Shown here: positions 12,722 to 24,439 of the stretch, piece by piece
Layout of the letters: each line of letters opens with the position of its first letter
How positions within the stretch are numbered: the first letter of the stretch is position 1
Source of the DNA: Octopus sinensis
Taxonomy: Eukaryota
DNA length: 64,000 bases
NCBI RefSeq assembly: GCF_006345805.1
Contig: NW_021833589.1
Span: forward strand, 1-64,000
Direction: 5' to 3'
The notes under the pieces: model-generated
Told to the model about the DNA's origin: nothing
The model's input: the letters and a program-made list of their open reading frames with translations, nothing else
The model's database searches: none
Program-made: the position numbers and the translations under genes

Positions 12722-14464
12722 TTACTCGAAAAAATTTTCCATAATGTTGTTTAGTAGACTCTCCGGATTTTCTGATTTCGGGATGTCGGCAACGTATAGG
12801 TTGAAAAGTAGAGGGCTCAGGACCGACCCTTGAGGCACTCCCCTCCTTAGATTGATTGTATCCGAGGTCCGGTTACCACATCTGATAAAAGACTTTCGCA
12901 TGTGTAGGAAATTCTCTAGCCATTTAACAGTCCTTTGCCCCGGATGGATACTGATCATCCTTTCTAGGAGGCCTAGGTGCCAAACGCTGTCGAACGCCTT
13001 TGAGATGTCCAGACAAACAGCTGTCATCCCCATCTTGTGTGTAAGGGCCCTCGAGATTTGCGTTTCCAGTTGGGCAAAGCAGTTTCCACAGGACTTCCCA
13101 CGTCGGAAACCCCATTGTTCTTTAGCCAGGTAACCTAACTCCTCCACGAGAATAGATAATCTGTTAAAGATTATACGTTCCATGATTCTTGATATGGAGC
13201 AGATGAGACTTATGGGTCGGAAATTTTCTGAGGTTTCCTTGCCTTTGGAATCATTTGTACCACGGTTTTCTTCCATGCATTCGGGACGTGTCCAGTCTCC
13301 CAACTGGCATTGAAAAGTATCGTTATTATCTTGACTAGGCTTATCGGGGCCTCTTTGAAGACTCGGATGGGTATGTAATCAAAACCCGGTGCGTTGTCCT
13401 TGCATCTTTTAATTGCTAGTAGAGTTTCATCCAGAGTGATTGCGTGACAAAGTCGACCAGAGGACATTTCCGCAGAGGCTATTGCCCTCTTTTTATCGTC
13501 CATTATATCTGTCGGGACAAAACAGCTCGGGTCGACATCTTGAATTTTCGCCAGTTGCTGACGTAAAGCGTCAGGTACATTGTCTCGGTTGATGGCATAG
13601 CCATTTTCTGTGGTTAAATTGATTTCATCTCCTTTGCATTCCGTTTCCTTTAGGCGATTATATGCCTTCCAGAAACTTGGGTGTCTTCGATTAAGCTTAG
13701 AGCATTCCAATCTCCAAGCTGAGTCAATGTTTTCTTTAGACCTTTTGTCGATCCTCTTTTTAAGAGAGGAAATCATTACTCGTAGGCGTGTGCAGTCTGT
13801 TGGGTCAAAACATCTGCGTGGCCTCTTCTGGTATCTTGCCTTTTCTTTCAGGAGACTCACTACTGTGTCGTCGAGTTCATGAGTCCCTCCACCAGAGTGT
13901 TTAATGAACTTTTTCCTGGAGAACTTCTCCAAAGAAGTGTTGATAAGATTCCTAACGAGCTGGTCCAGACTTTCAATTTGTTTTGTCGTGTGAACTGCTA
14001 CCCGATGTATGAGTGACTTAGCGAGGTTGTCAGGAATAGGGACACAAGGGGCCAATTCGTTTGATTGGTATTGTATCCAATAAATACTTCATCTTGCAGA
14101 ACTGAGCCTGCACGCAACACCATTGTTTGAGGAAGGTGATCGCTTCCGATATCAATTTCAATGCGTGGGCGGTCACAGAGGGGAGCTAAGCAGTCCGCCA
14201 CGAGAAACACACCAAGTCGATCTTCTCCGTAACATGAGAAGTGATTCGTTTCGTCAGAGGACCAGACCTCAAAACCGTGTCTCGCCGATAAGGTATGAAG
14301 TAACCGTCCGTCACTGTTTGTTGATACGCATCCATATAGCGAGCTCCAACTAGGTCTGGGTAACTCTTGAGGTCTTTTGAGTACATCCCCCCAATAGTGA
14401 TCCATCCCAGAGAAGTATGGAGTTCGAGAGACAGCATTTCGCATCGACTTTCTTCTATTCTCAA
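12722..14464 (-). mobile_element. LINE (APE + RT) with frameshifts
   Basis: GSDHLP endonuclease end, APGFDYI, WKKTVVQMIPK, FRPISL, LDISKAFDSVWH, GVPQGSVLSP. Confidence 0.88.
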
Positions 14465-14694
14465 GGCGCTTTGCGATTAAACTGGCGTATAAGCTACGGC
14501 TTGATCAGGATCTCCCCAGAGAGCTAGACGAACAAACTCAAAACATTCGGCAAGTCCTCTGCTCATTGCAAAGGGCATGAGAAGTGAAAAGGAAAGCAAG
14601 GAGGAGGCTTTCGGTGTCTCGATTTTAAATAAAACCTTTTCTAATAACTCTTCTCTTTCGGTTGCTAAGTTAATAAAATCTGTTCGTTCGTTCG
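14465..14694 (+). mobile_element. LINE 3' end with (TTCG)n tail
   Basis: RFAIKLAYKL, related to the 6090-6550 fragment. AATAAA followed by (TTCG)3. Confidence 0.6.
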
Positions 14695-14762
14695 TAATGT
14701 TGTTTAACTAAATAAAACAAAAATAACTCGTCTGAATCGGTTCTGTCTGAAATAAAAAAAAT

Positions 14763-14879
14763 ATGGCCAGAACTGAACAAACTGCTCGAAAATCTACTGG
14801 AGCAAAAGTTCCAAGAAAACAATCTGCTCGAATCTGCAAAATCTGCTCGCAAGTCTGTTTCACAATTTGCCATCATTGA
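14763..14879 (+). pseudogene. Histone H3 N-terminal tail fragment (38-aa micro-ORF), copy 1
   Basis: MARTEQTARKSTGAKVPRKQ. The H3 register (KSARKS) continues in a shifted frame. No histone fold downstream. Confidence 0.8.
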
Positions 14880-15426
14880 GATATCCCCTCTGGTATTTAC
14901 ACTGTTTATAAGCTACTAGGTAGAATTGTGTTTTAATTAAAATTATCTTGATTTTTAGTTACCCAATTATTAATAGAAAACATAATAAATTGTGGCACGT
15001 GTGAGCACTCTTTTGACATACCTTGTTGTTCTGTTACATTATTTGGTCAATCTTTATTTGTTTATTTAATTGGATTAGAAGGAATATTTTGCGATGAAGT
15101 TTCTTTTAATTAATAAATGGCCATAGTACGTGGAAACTGTGTTTCCATTTACGATGCCGGGAATTTAGTTAGTTAATAACTATTTGTTAATTACATTAAT
15201 AAATTATCTGAAATTTCATCATTTTTTAATATGTCGCGTCCCACACGAGCTACCCATCCCATGGTGGTTACATGTCACCTGTCAATAAATAATAATGCCT
15301 GTCATGGTGACTGTCAATTTTAATAATTAATTTAATTGCATTGATTTCTAATCAATAATCGTTTCAACAATAAAAATTTATTAGAATAAAGCGTCTACGT
15401 TTTTTTAACTTGATTCATATTAACTA

Positions 15427-16400
15427 CTAGCTCAGCAGTTCGCTTCGCTCACTGCGAGCTAGCTCCTGCGGAGGCCCTGCTCGCTACGCTCGCAGTTTCC
15501 TTAAATAACTATAAATTTATGTAGATATATAAATGCGACCTGCTTGATATAACCTTATTCTAAGGCCTGTGGATAAACGATGTTTGCAGTCCGTCCATCC
15601 TTGGCAAATATAAATAAATTTCTCTTCTACCTACCCTTGAGCACCCCACATACAGCTGGCCATGTGAAAAGCACTCGTTCTCTAAAAATAAGCCTACTAC
15701 CTTTAAAGACTGTCCCTGGGCCTTGTTTATTGTCATAGCAAAACTTATCTTCAGCGGAAATTGTAGTCTCTTAAATCTATCGCAGGCCCTTTCATGGTCC
15801 ATAATAACGTCGACCGATTATATATTCTTTCTCTGCCAGGGATTTTCATTAATAAATCTAAATTTATATTAAGTACCTCATCATTAAGTGGAGCTAATAT
15901 AGCTCGTTCACGCAGCCAGTCGAAATTCACGTAGTGTTCAGATAGTTCGGAATAGACGGCATTCAATAATTCTTCTGCTGTTTCTACGAAAATACATAAT
16001 TCTTCCGGTAGCCTAATTTTCTGGTCGTGCATTTCTGAAGTGATTGCCCCATTTCCAATATCTAGAAGGATTTGTGGGAATATGCTATTAACGCCTTGTA
16101 AATGTGCATGTACATTTACATCTAAGCTAACCTTTTTCACGTGTGTCCACAAATATGACGATTTGAGGCAGGCATTCAATTCATCCGCTGGCGTCCCTCT
16201 TTGAATAATTGGCAGCGTCTGTCTAAAATCACCTGCCAATACAACTAATGCTCCCCCAAACAAATGGTCGCTACAATTCTTGATATCTCTATATGTTCGG
16301 TCAACTGCTTGAATGCGCCTTTATGAGCCATCGTACATTCATCCCAAACAATTAACCTAGAATGCATAATTCTATTACCCGTAGTTGAGTCTAACAGCAG
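15427..16400 (-). mobile_element. Helitron 3' portion (PIF1 helicase remnant + terminus)
   Basis: [59 protein letters not shown] hairpin, then CTAG|T at 15427-15430. Confidence 0.9.
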
Positions 16401-17075
16401 TCCTGACCTTGTTCAGCTGTTGTCTAAGTTCCCTCACCATTTAAGCACATCTTCCCTCGTTTCTCTTTTTTGTTATATGGTTCATATTCTCTTGTTTGTT
16501 AACATTCTCAGATCTCTCTTTATAGGACATTCTTATGATTTTGTAACGCGAATCAGTAATTTATATTAAATTTTCTACGTAAATTTATTTAGTGAAATTT
16601 ATGTAAAGTGTATTATCCAATCAAAGCCATTATACTTAATTGCCTCTATGTTTAAAGGAATTGAAACTTTAGCATAATCGAACTTGTCTGTTTCGGTAAA
16701 GAAAATGATAATCAGCTTCATCTTTGTAGTATTATAAGGAAAAAATTAAAGCCTGTTAAATCAAGGAGATTTAAATATAGGCAAATTGAAATTTACATGA
16801 CTAATTTAAATTTTATTTGCCTCTATCTTTTAAGAAATCTAAACAGTAGCATAATCGAATTTGTCAGTTTCGGCAGTTAAAAAGAATCAATTATGTAAAT
16901 CTCTAATAATTTTTGCTTTTTCCTTTTTAGTGGTTTTCAAAATCTGATAATTGCACAGTCTATTCATGGTCGATAACAATTAGAGCTTTTATTTTATTTT
17001 TTTAACGAAAATTTAACAAAAAAGAATTTATGTCATCGAAAAAAGATAGCTAAGCTAATTAATGGCCTCACGAGG

Positions 17076-17760
17076 CTTGAAGGTTGTGGAGGACCTCATC
17101 ATGTGAGTCGAGGACTTTCTTGTCGTTCATTTTAACAAAAACGCAGAAAATATTTTTTTTTAATTTTTGGGCTTGAAGGTTTTGGGGGACCACATCATGT
17201 GAGTCGAGGACTTTCTTGTTGTTCATTTTAACAAAAACGCAGAAAATAATTTTTTTTAATTTTTTGGCTTGAAGGTTTTGAGGGACCACATCATGTGAGT
17301 CGAGGACTTTCTTGTTGTTCATTTTAACAAAAACGCAGAAAATAATTTTTTTTAATTTTTTGGCTTGAAGGTTTTGAGGGACCACATCATGTGAGTCGAG
17401 GACTTTCTTGTTGTTCATTTTAACAAAAACGCAGAAAATAATTTTTTTTAATTTTTTGCTTGAAGGTTTTGGGGGACCACATCATGTGAGTCGAGGACTT
17501 TCTTGTTGTTCATTTTAACAAAAACGCAGAAAATAATTTTTTTTAATTTTTTGGCTTGAAGGTTTTGGGGGACCACATCATGTGAGTCGAGGACTTTCTT
17601 GTTGTTCATTTTAACAAAAACGCAGAAAATAATTTTTTTTAATTTTTTGGCTTGAAGGTTTTGGGGGACCACATCATGTGAGTCGAGGACTTTCTTGTTG
17701 TTCATTTTAACAAAAACGCAGAAAATTGACTTGAAGGTTTTGGGGGACCTCATCATCGAG
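17076..17760. repeat. 96-bp tandem array, about 7 near-identical units
   Basis: CATGTGAGTCGAGG recurs at 17100, 17196, 17292, 17388, 17483, 17579 and 17675. Confidence 0.95.
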
Positions 17761-17898
17761 GATATTCTTTCTTATTAAAATTTTTGACAGGAAGGTTCTT
17801 AGAGGATATCAACCTTTTATTGTGCCTCATTATCGAATAACTACAAAAGGGAAGGTTTTGACAATTTGATCTGGTTTGTAACAATTTGAATGTGGGTG

Positions 17899-17945
17899 TG
17901 CACAGACAGACAGACAGACACACAGACAGACAGACAGACACACAC
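17899..17945. repeat. (CAGA)n/(CA)n microsatellite
   Basis: Read directly. The arrangement resembles the microsatellite of Helentron-associated elements. Confidence 0.85.
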
Positions 17946-18479
17946 CATACCATTTTATTATTAAGATTTTAGACTTCCCTGAACTTGTTTTAATCTGTTA
18001 AATAAAATAATAATAAAATAGACCTCTAGTCGATTGTTTGACAAAATTTGAACAACTTCAGCAGGTTCTCCATATGGGGATTCAAATCGGTTTAACCTTA
18101 GGGAAGGATTTGTCCCAAAATCCTTTAGAACTCTAACTTAACAATTATTCACTAAAAATATTCCGCTCCCAATTGAAAAATCGTATTTCTATTGATGAAC
18201 ATTCATTTTTTTATTCATGCGTTTAAAATATGGTGAATTTAAATTAGGTGGAGAAAAATTCAATATAAAATCACTAGCATCCAAGTTGTCTAGCATATGT
18301 TTGAAACATCTAAAATATTTTCTACATCCATATCCTCTGATGATACATGATAAAAATCATCCGAACACTCACTTTCTTTGAGATTAAAAAAATTAAAAAA
18401 ACTTTTATCATCATGAATGACGGTGTTTATACCAGAAACTCCTCTTAGTTTTTTAAATGGTGTTTCATTTATAGAAGAA

Positions 18480-18580
18480 CTAGCTCGGCAGCTCGCTTCG
18501 CTCACCGCGACCTAGCTCCTGCGGAGGGCCTGTTTCATCAAACAACTATAAGTTTATGTAGATGTATAAAACTACCTGGT
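18480..18580 (-). mobile_element. Second Helitron 3' terminus
   Basis: Homologous to 15427-15540, with hairpin and CTAG|T. Confidence 0.75.
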
Positions 18581-18714
18581 TTAGTAACCCTTTCAAATTT
18601 AACCTCCCCCTATGTAGTCAAAAAAAGTCGAAATTTATTCTGGGATTTTGGCCATTTTTTCAAATTTTATATTATTTTTGGACGCTGAATTCAAAAATGT
18701 TATCAGATATGAGA

Positions 18715-18844
18715 TCACACGGAAGAGGAGGGAGGTCTTGCCTGTGTTGGTATTCCCCACAATCAGTATTTTGAACATGTTGTCATACGAGTCTTCTCTT
18801 GCCATTCCTGTGTTGTGGGAGTTGATGGTTGTATAGTGGGCCAA
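18715..18844 (-). pseudogene. Rab (Rab3-like) GTPase N-terminal fragment
   Basis: MAREDSYDNMFKILIVGNTNTGKTSLLFR (G1/P-loop). Similarity stops immediately afterwards. Confidence 0.65.
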
Positions 18845-19759
18845 TTAATTATAATTGATTTCTCTAATTAGATTTATCTCATTAATTCACATCATTTGAG
18901 ATATTCCAGGCAGTCTTGGCAATCTGTCGCCCACAGTAGTGTCCCCGCCCAGTGACACACACTCTGGTCACCCTTATTGCTGACAGTACGACAATCAATA
19001 CTAACCAATTATAACGACCCTATTCATATGATTGCACAATTCTGTGTCGATATCATTAATACATGCATGCTTATTATTAAACACCCTCAGCACTCCCATT
19101 CACGTGTATTTGTTTTGCCAATAGAGAGAGACAGTAAAGAAAGAAATGATTTTGTGCATCATTAGAATAAATAGAACTGACTAACTTAATCCCTGAGAGA
19201 ATATCCCCTCCCCCATCTCGACCAAGAGGAGTACTGGGGTGCAATCCCCACCAAATCCACGGACTCTCACGGTGTCTCCGGCTTTTACAAACAACTCAAA
19301 TATTTTTTTTCGTCTCAAATCGAAACATAAAAAGTTTGTCCGCACAGGAAACGACGAGTTTACTTAAAGTTTCATCACAATGGACAACATTCCGCACAAA
19401 ATCTTTTTCCTCAAGGTCCAAATCAAGGACACGGATACACACTGCATCATGGGCATCCCACACAGTTTGCCATATCCTGCAGTAACAAAGAACCGATCAT
19501 CCCATACACGACACATCTGATTCTTCGTCGGGACATTTACAATGACAGGCATGTCTCTTTCCTCACATTAGCAACTTGGGTGCCTACCTCAGTGGGACGG
19601 CCGAGCAAATATTCCGAAGTGACCGAGAACTCGTCTGGGTACAGGCACCCATCGGCTAAGTCTTTTAAGTGCTCTTCTGACTCTGCCAGCTTTGTTGGGC
19701 GAGTTACTGTGGAGTTCGGCGGTCCTCATCGGTTGATTGTTTTTGACCTCAGGAATACA

Positions 19760-20085
19760 GCATCGTCACTAAAAAATATCACTGGGATGAACCAAGTGGT
19801 TTCTGTGGTGATTGCTGCGTTTTCGACTGTTTTTTATACTATTTTTGGGGGCATCTACGCGGTCGCCTACACTGATGTGATGCAGTTAATAATCATGATT
19901 TTTGATTTTTTCGTCCTCCCCCTGACGATAGCCTACCTGACTCCCCCGCCGTGAAGTTCTTCGGAATCGGAGCCCTGGTGGCAGCCACAGTGTCCTCAGT
20001 GTCGTCACCCGTGTTGGCCGCGGCGTCCCTCCTGACACAGAAAATATACGTGGACGTATCCCGACATGAGGTATTGAGGTGGCTG
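19760..20085 (+). pseudogene. SLC5A7-like (high-affinity choline transporter) fragments
   Basis: YTIFGGIYAVAYTDVMQL joined to VLPLTIAYLTP-(frameshift)-FFGIGALVAATVSS. These segments lie far apart in SLC5A7. Confidence 0.65.
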
Positions 20086-20219
20086 ACTCGAGATATCGGG
20101 AAAGGAGTGATTGTTATTTGGTTGCTTCCCGATGTACTCGTCAGCAGCCGTATGGATACCATTCATAATGGACTCCCATGTGTTCTTCGAGGAGAGACCC
20201 GGTCCTATACAAGAGATAT

Positions 20220-20930
20220 AGCTCTCCAATGATTTTTGTTAGTTTTCCCGAGTGAGGGAGGAGTGCAACAGTTTTTCCGTGAGATATCTTTCCTTGTAGC
20301 AGATGGGAGTCTTTGCGCGTCGAGGGGCGCATGGTGTATGTTGATGTTGAAACATCCAACGACCATTTTATGATCACTGTCAACCCGAGATCCTCCATAT
20401 GATCGGGAGTCGAATAAGGCAGCCTTATCGGCCTGTCGACAAAGAATATAATCGATTTGGTTGTAAATTGATGTAGTTTCACCGATCCCATTTGTTCTAC
20501 TTCCAGTCCATGTGGTCCGATGTCGTGCAGCGTGGCAGAAAGCCTTGTTACACAAAAATAGTGAAAAGGTCTCACAGAGATGAGCCAGAAGAGTGCCCGG
20601 AAGGTTCCTGTACCCACGGCCATATCGATAACCCTCATGAATACAAGTAGATAAGTGTTTGTGTGTCACAAAGCCTTGGCCATAGAGGGCAGCAGAATAA
20701 GGCGATAGTCCCCATAGACTTGGTCATCCCCGAGTTTCACTTTGGTTTCTTGTAGACATCCAACCGAGATCCTGTATTTCTTCATGTCCTCACATAGTGC
20801 ATGTTTTTTCCAAGTCGATTTAAGGCCTCTTACATTGAAAGACATAATAGATAGTTCGTATGATTGCTTGTGTTATATCAGACATTGTGCAATAGAGGGT
20901 CACATATATATGATAAACATTATCTTAAAA
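20220..20930 (-). mobile_element. RTE-type APE endonuclease remnant
   Basis: TTWTG..IYNQIDYILCR..SDHKMVV. Confidence 0.75.
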
Positions 20931-21209
20931 AATCGATGAACGGTGTTTTGCTTTAATTAAAATATTCATTAGAATCAAAAATTATGATTATGATAATTTA
21001 TAATAAAAAATTATCAATCCTAAACTAGATTAAATTTTTGTCTAGTCAGTTCTATTAAAACCGATCATAAAATTTTTTCTGGGTTATTCAAAGGTACAGG
21101 TTATATTTAATTTCATTCCACGCAATTCTTATATCACGTTGACCTGATCGGCGGGGTTATCATACTTAATACAAACAACGTCATTTTTTATTTCAATCGG
21201 AATTATAAC

Positions 21210-22040
21210 ATGAATGATTACAATAACACATTTTTTGCCTGCAATCCTTATGAAGATTTTTTTTTTAATTCTTTTGACCACCAAAATTTAAGGAGATTTC
21301 CAGATAACATGACATTTCAACCTATGTACCAGATTCCCGACAATGATTTGTTTTTAAACCATTACCAGATGAATTCATATGATTTCATACAGGATTATCG
21401 AATTTTCGATAACCCTTATTCAGATTACAATCAGCCTTTCATCCAATATGAAATTGCTCGTCAGCAAATTCCTGTGACTTTGTACCAGCCTGATGTCAGC
21501 GACTTGAGTCTTGCCATTTCCAATAATTACAAGGAAGACAATGTGCCTCATCTATTTACTGAACAGGCAACAGTAAATGACGACATGCTTCAAAGAAAGT
21601 CTTTGGTAGAATTAGGAAACTATTTCAAGACTAAAAGAATGAACTTTGGTTACTCACAGTCCGAGATGGCCATTATAATGAAGAGAGGCGGGTTCCCCGT
21701 GTGTCAAACGACTATATGCAGATTTGAGTTGGGTAAACTCCCAACTACTGCAATGGAAAATCTAAAAGATTCTTTTTTGATTGTTCTAGAATCTCTGAAG
21801 AAAAACCCAATTTCCAAGTCCCAATTGAATTCGCTCCCGAAAGCCAGAAAGAAACGAACATGTTTTGATAACAAAACCATAGAATACCTCGAAAATATTT
21901 TTTCAGTCATCGTTCAGCCAAACAAAGAAGAAATCGGGAAGATTGTAGCAAAAACTGACTTGCCAGAATCTGTAGTCCGGAACTGGTTTGGAAACAGAAG
22001 ACAGAAAAAACGTCAAACTTTTTCTTCACATGATCTATGA
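21210..22040 (+). CDS. Divergent POU-domain homeobox transcription factor (276 aa, single exon)
   Basis: POU-specific FKTKRMNFGYSQSEM..QTTICRFE. Homeodomain RKKRTCF..VVRNWFGNRRQK. Intact ORF with a Y/Q/N-rich N-terminus. Confidence 0.9.
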   Translation: MNDYNNTFFACNPYEDFFFNSFDHQNLRRFPDNMTFQPMYQIPDNDLFLNHYQMNSYDFIQDYRIFDNPYSDYNQPFIQYEIARQQIPVTLYQPDVSDLSLAISNNYKEDNVPHLFTEQATVNDDMLQRKSLVELGNYFKTKRMNFGYSQSEMAIIMKRGGFPVCQTTICRFELGKLPTTAMENLKDSFLIVLESLKKNPISKSQLNSLPKARKKRTCFDNKTIEYLENIFSVIVQPNKEEIGKIVAKTDLPESVVRNWFGNRRQKKRQTFSSHDL

Positions 22041-22369
22041 AATTTTCAATAAATACGAGCTTTTTTATCGTGCTATTTTCATGTCCTGACATTAAATAGT
22101 CAATTTTAAATACATATTCGAACAATTTCCTTTATATTTATTGAAACACGTGTTTATCAAAAAGGCTTTGATTTGGCATGGACGAAGGTCCAAAAAAGGT
22201 TGAACAGGCTAATACAATTTACTATCATATTTAAACTTATGTCTGAAAAAATCAGGTCGATTGGATGTACACACGTGGGGATCTCGGGGGTGTTTTGTCG
22301 GGAAATAAAGACTCATTTTTAGTCAGAAATATGTAAAGTTCAGATCCCGCTTGCAACCAAAAACGCCCA

Positions 22370-22785
22370 AAAAGCTTTTCAAATTTAACCTCCCCCTATA
22401 TGATCAAAAAAAGTCGAAATTTATTCTGGGATTTTGGCCATTTTTTCAAATTTTATATTATTTTTGGACGCTGAATTCAAAAATGTTATCAGATATGAGA
22501 TTACACGGAAGAGGAGGGAAACCATGGCTTCATACGGTTAATCGTCTCCTGAACTTTCCACGTGGCTTCTTTGTAATCTTGATGTTTTGCTGCAATAATT
22601 AGATTGTCAGCGTATGATAAAAGGATTGTATCTTCGTCGTTTGGATTTGGGAGATCTCTTGTAAATAAATTGAACAGGATTGGTTATAAGGAGAATCCTT
22701 GTGGGACCCCGTTTGGGAGGTATCGTTGTTTTGATTTTCGGTTATTCATTATACCGACTAACACCGTGCGACTAACACCGTGCAA
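22370..22785. repeat. Composite duplicate of 18590-18732 and 12384-12647
   Basis: Near-identical sequence to both loci, joined at about 22520. Confidence 0.85.
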
Positions 22786-24439
22786 GCACTGTTAAATGCT
22801 TTAACAGTAATAAAATAATGGTATATTTTTTAAAGTATTTAAATTTGTTAATAAGATCGGGTTATGTCGGATGTAGATGATGATACACATACGAACAATC
22901 AACTGAATTTTCACATTAAACAAAAACTGGATTTCATAAATATTTCAAATTCTGAATATAAAATGTAATAATATTTTAATATTAATTTTGACATGCCGAC
23001 GACCATTTGAGGTTTGAGTCACTCTACAACTCCCTCAATGAATCATCCTTCGACAGCAAAATAGAAATTGCTAAGAAAGAGTTGGCCGATCAGGAAGAAC
23101 TATATTCCACGTTGATATTGTCGATAGTATCCCTTCTTTTCAACCGATAGACCAATTTAATAAATGAGAAAGGCACTGAGCACGAGGGAACAATGTCGTG
23201 TTCTGACACAATCCAACTATTTATTTATTGCTATTTCAAGACTCTTCTCGGTCTTTTCAGAATATTTTCCTGCGTGTCTCTGAACAACTTCGACGTCCCT
23301 CCCTCGCCCTGGGTTGCCCAGTTGTTGGTGGATTTGGGTGTGTGCAGAATCGATCAGCCTAATCCAGAACTGCCGATTTTTAATCTTTACTTTCTACTTT
23401 GAGGACTTCGAAACCTGTATTTGCTGGTAATACTAATATTCAGAGACCGACATGACTGTTGAAAATCCTACCATAATGATTCCATGAGAATCTTTTCCGT
23501 GTTGACGGATACTTTGGATTTTATTGATTATATCTTAACTGAATGATTAAATATTTTATCTTTCAGTTCATGGTTGTGGCAATTTCACTTTTATAAATTA
23601 ATTCTATAAACTGACTTACATATAGGGTGATTCGAAAATAATGAATTTACACGACTTTCTGGAATATAAGAAACTTTGTTATGTGCAGTATAGAAAGGCT
23701 CTCCTGAATCATGTCTGCAACAAACTGAAACAAGTGCGGGAGTACGACTGGACGTACATAGTAATGGATAGAATTGATTGAGGAGAGCGTTACTGCCATC
23801 AACAGTTATTTCCAATTTTGTTTGACTAGAGGGAATGCCAGACATGAATTGCAAGACATTATTGTGGTAATTTATTGTTACAGTCTAACCTTCGTTTGGA
23901 ACATTAATTGTTCCAAAACAAAGGTTGTTCCAAAAATCGTATAAAAATTTACCGGTCTGCTTACCTTCTGTGTTTGTTTGGTTATTTTTACTCATTATTA
24001 CAATAAACTTAATTGATTGATTGAACTTGCAAAAGCTTTATCCAGTTTTCAATTTCATCAAAGATGATGTTTTTTATCATCTTCATTGTCGATTTTTCTT
24101 CTCTCACTTCTTATGAACTTTCAGTAACTGCATTATATTTCGTCTTTAGCAAACAGTTATCTTCTGTTTCTAAGTATTTTCTTTTGGTTGAATGTGATAG
24201 AGAGCGGGTGGATATAATAGGTGTTTCTTCATCCACGTTTATTTCATTCAATTGCTTGGTAATAAAACTGGTTTCTTGCTCACATTCGCTCATCATTTCT
24301 TCATCTATTAATATATCTGGTAGAAATTTGAGCTCTTTTTCCTCCTCCTCAGATAACTCATATGTATCATCCTCTCCCTTGACCTCAGAAAAGAGGCTTT
24401 TCACCTACATTGAGGTAATAAAGGAGTAATGCGCCAGCA

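Noticed and set aside
14763-14879. Functional histone H3 gene
   Set aside because: Frameshift after about residue 22 and no histone-fold sequence downstream.
17068-17756. Repetitive ORFs (MNNKKVLDSHDVVPQNLQAKK..) as a real repeat protein
   Set aside because: A by-product of a 96-bp stop-free unit. A 95-bp unit breaks the frame, and the poly-T tracts look non-coding.
17076-17760. CRISPR array or tandem hammerhead ribozymes (GAAA-GTC-ctc-GAC-TC on minus)
   Set aside because: There are no variable spacers and the context is eukaryotic. The CUGAUGA core is absent (ATGATGT/A) and there is no room for stem I.
23591-24429. Host genes from ORFs 23591-23854 and 24111-24404
   Set aside because: No recognisable domain. 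One is acidic low-complexity sequence, and no exon chain could be supported.
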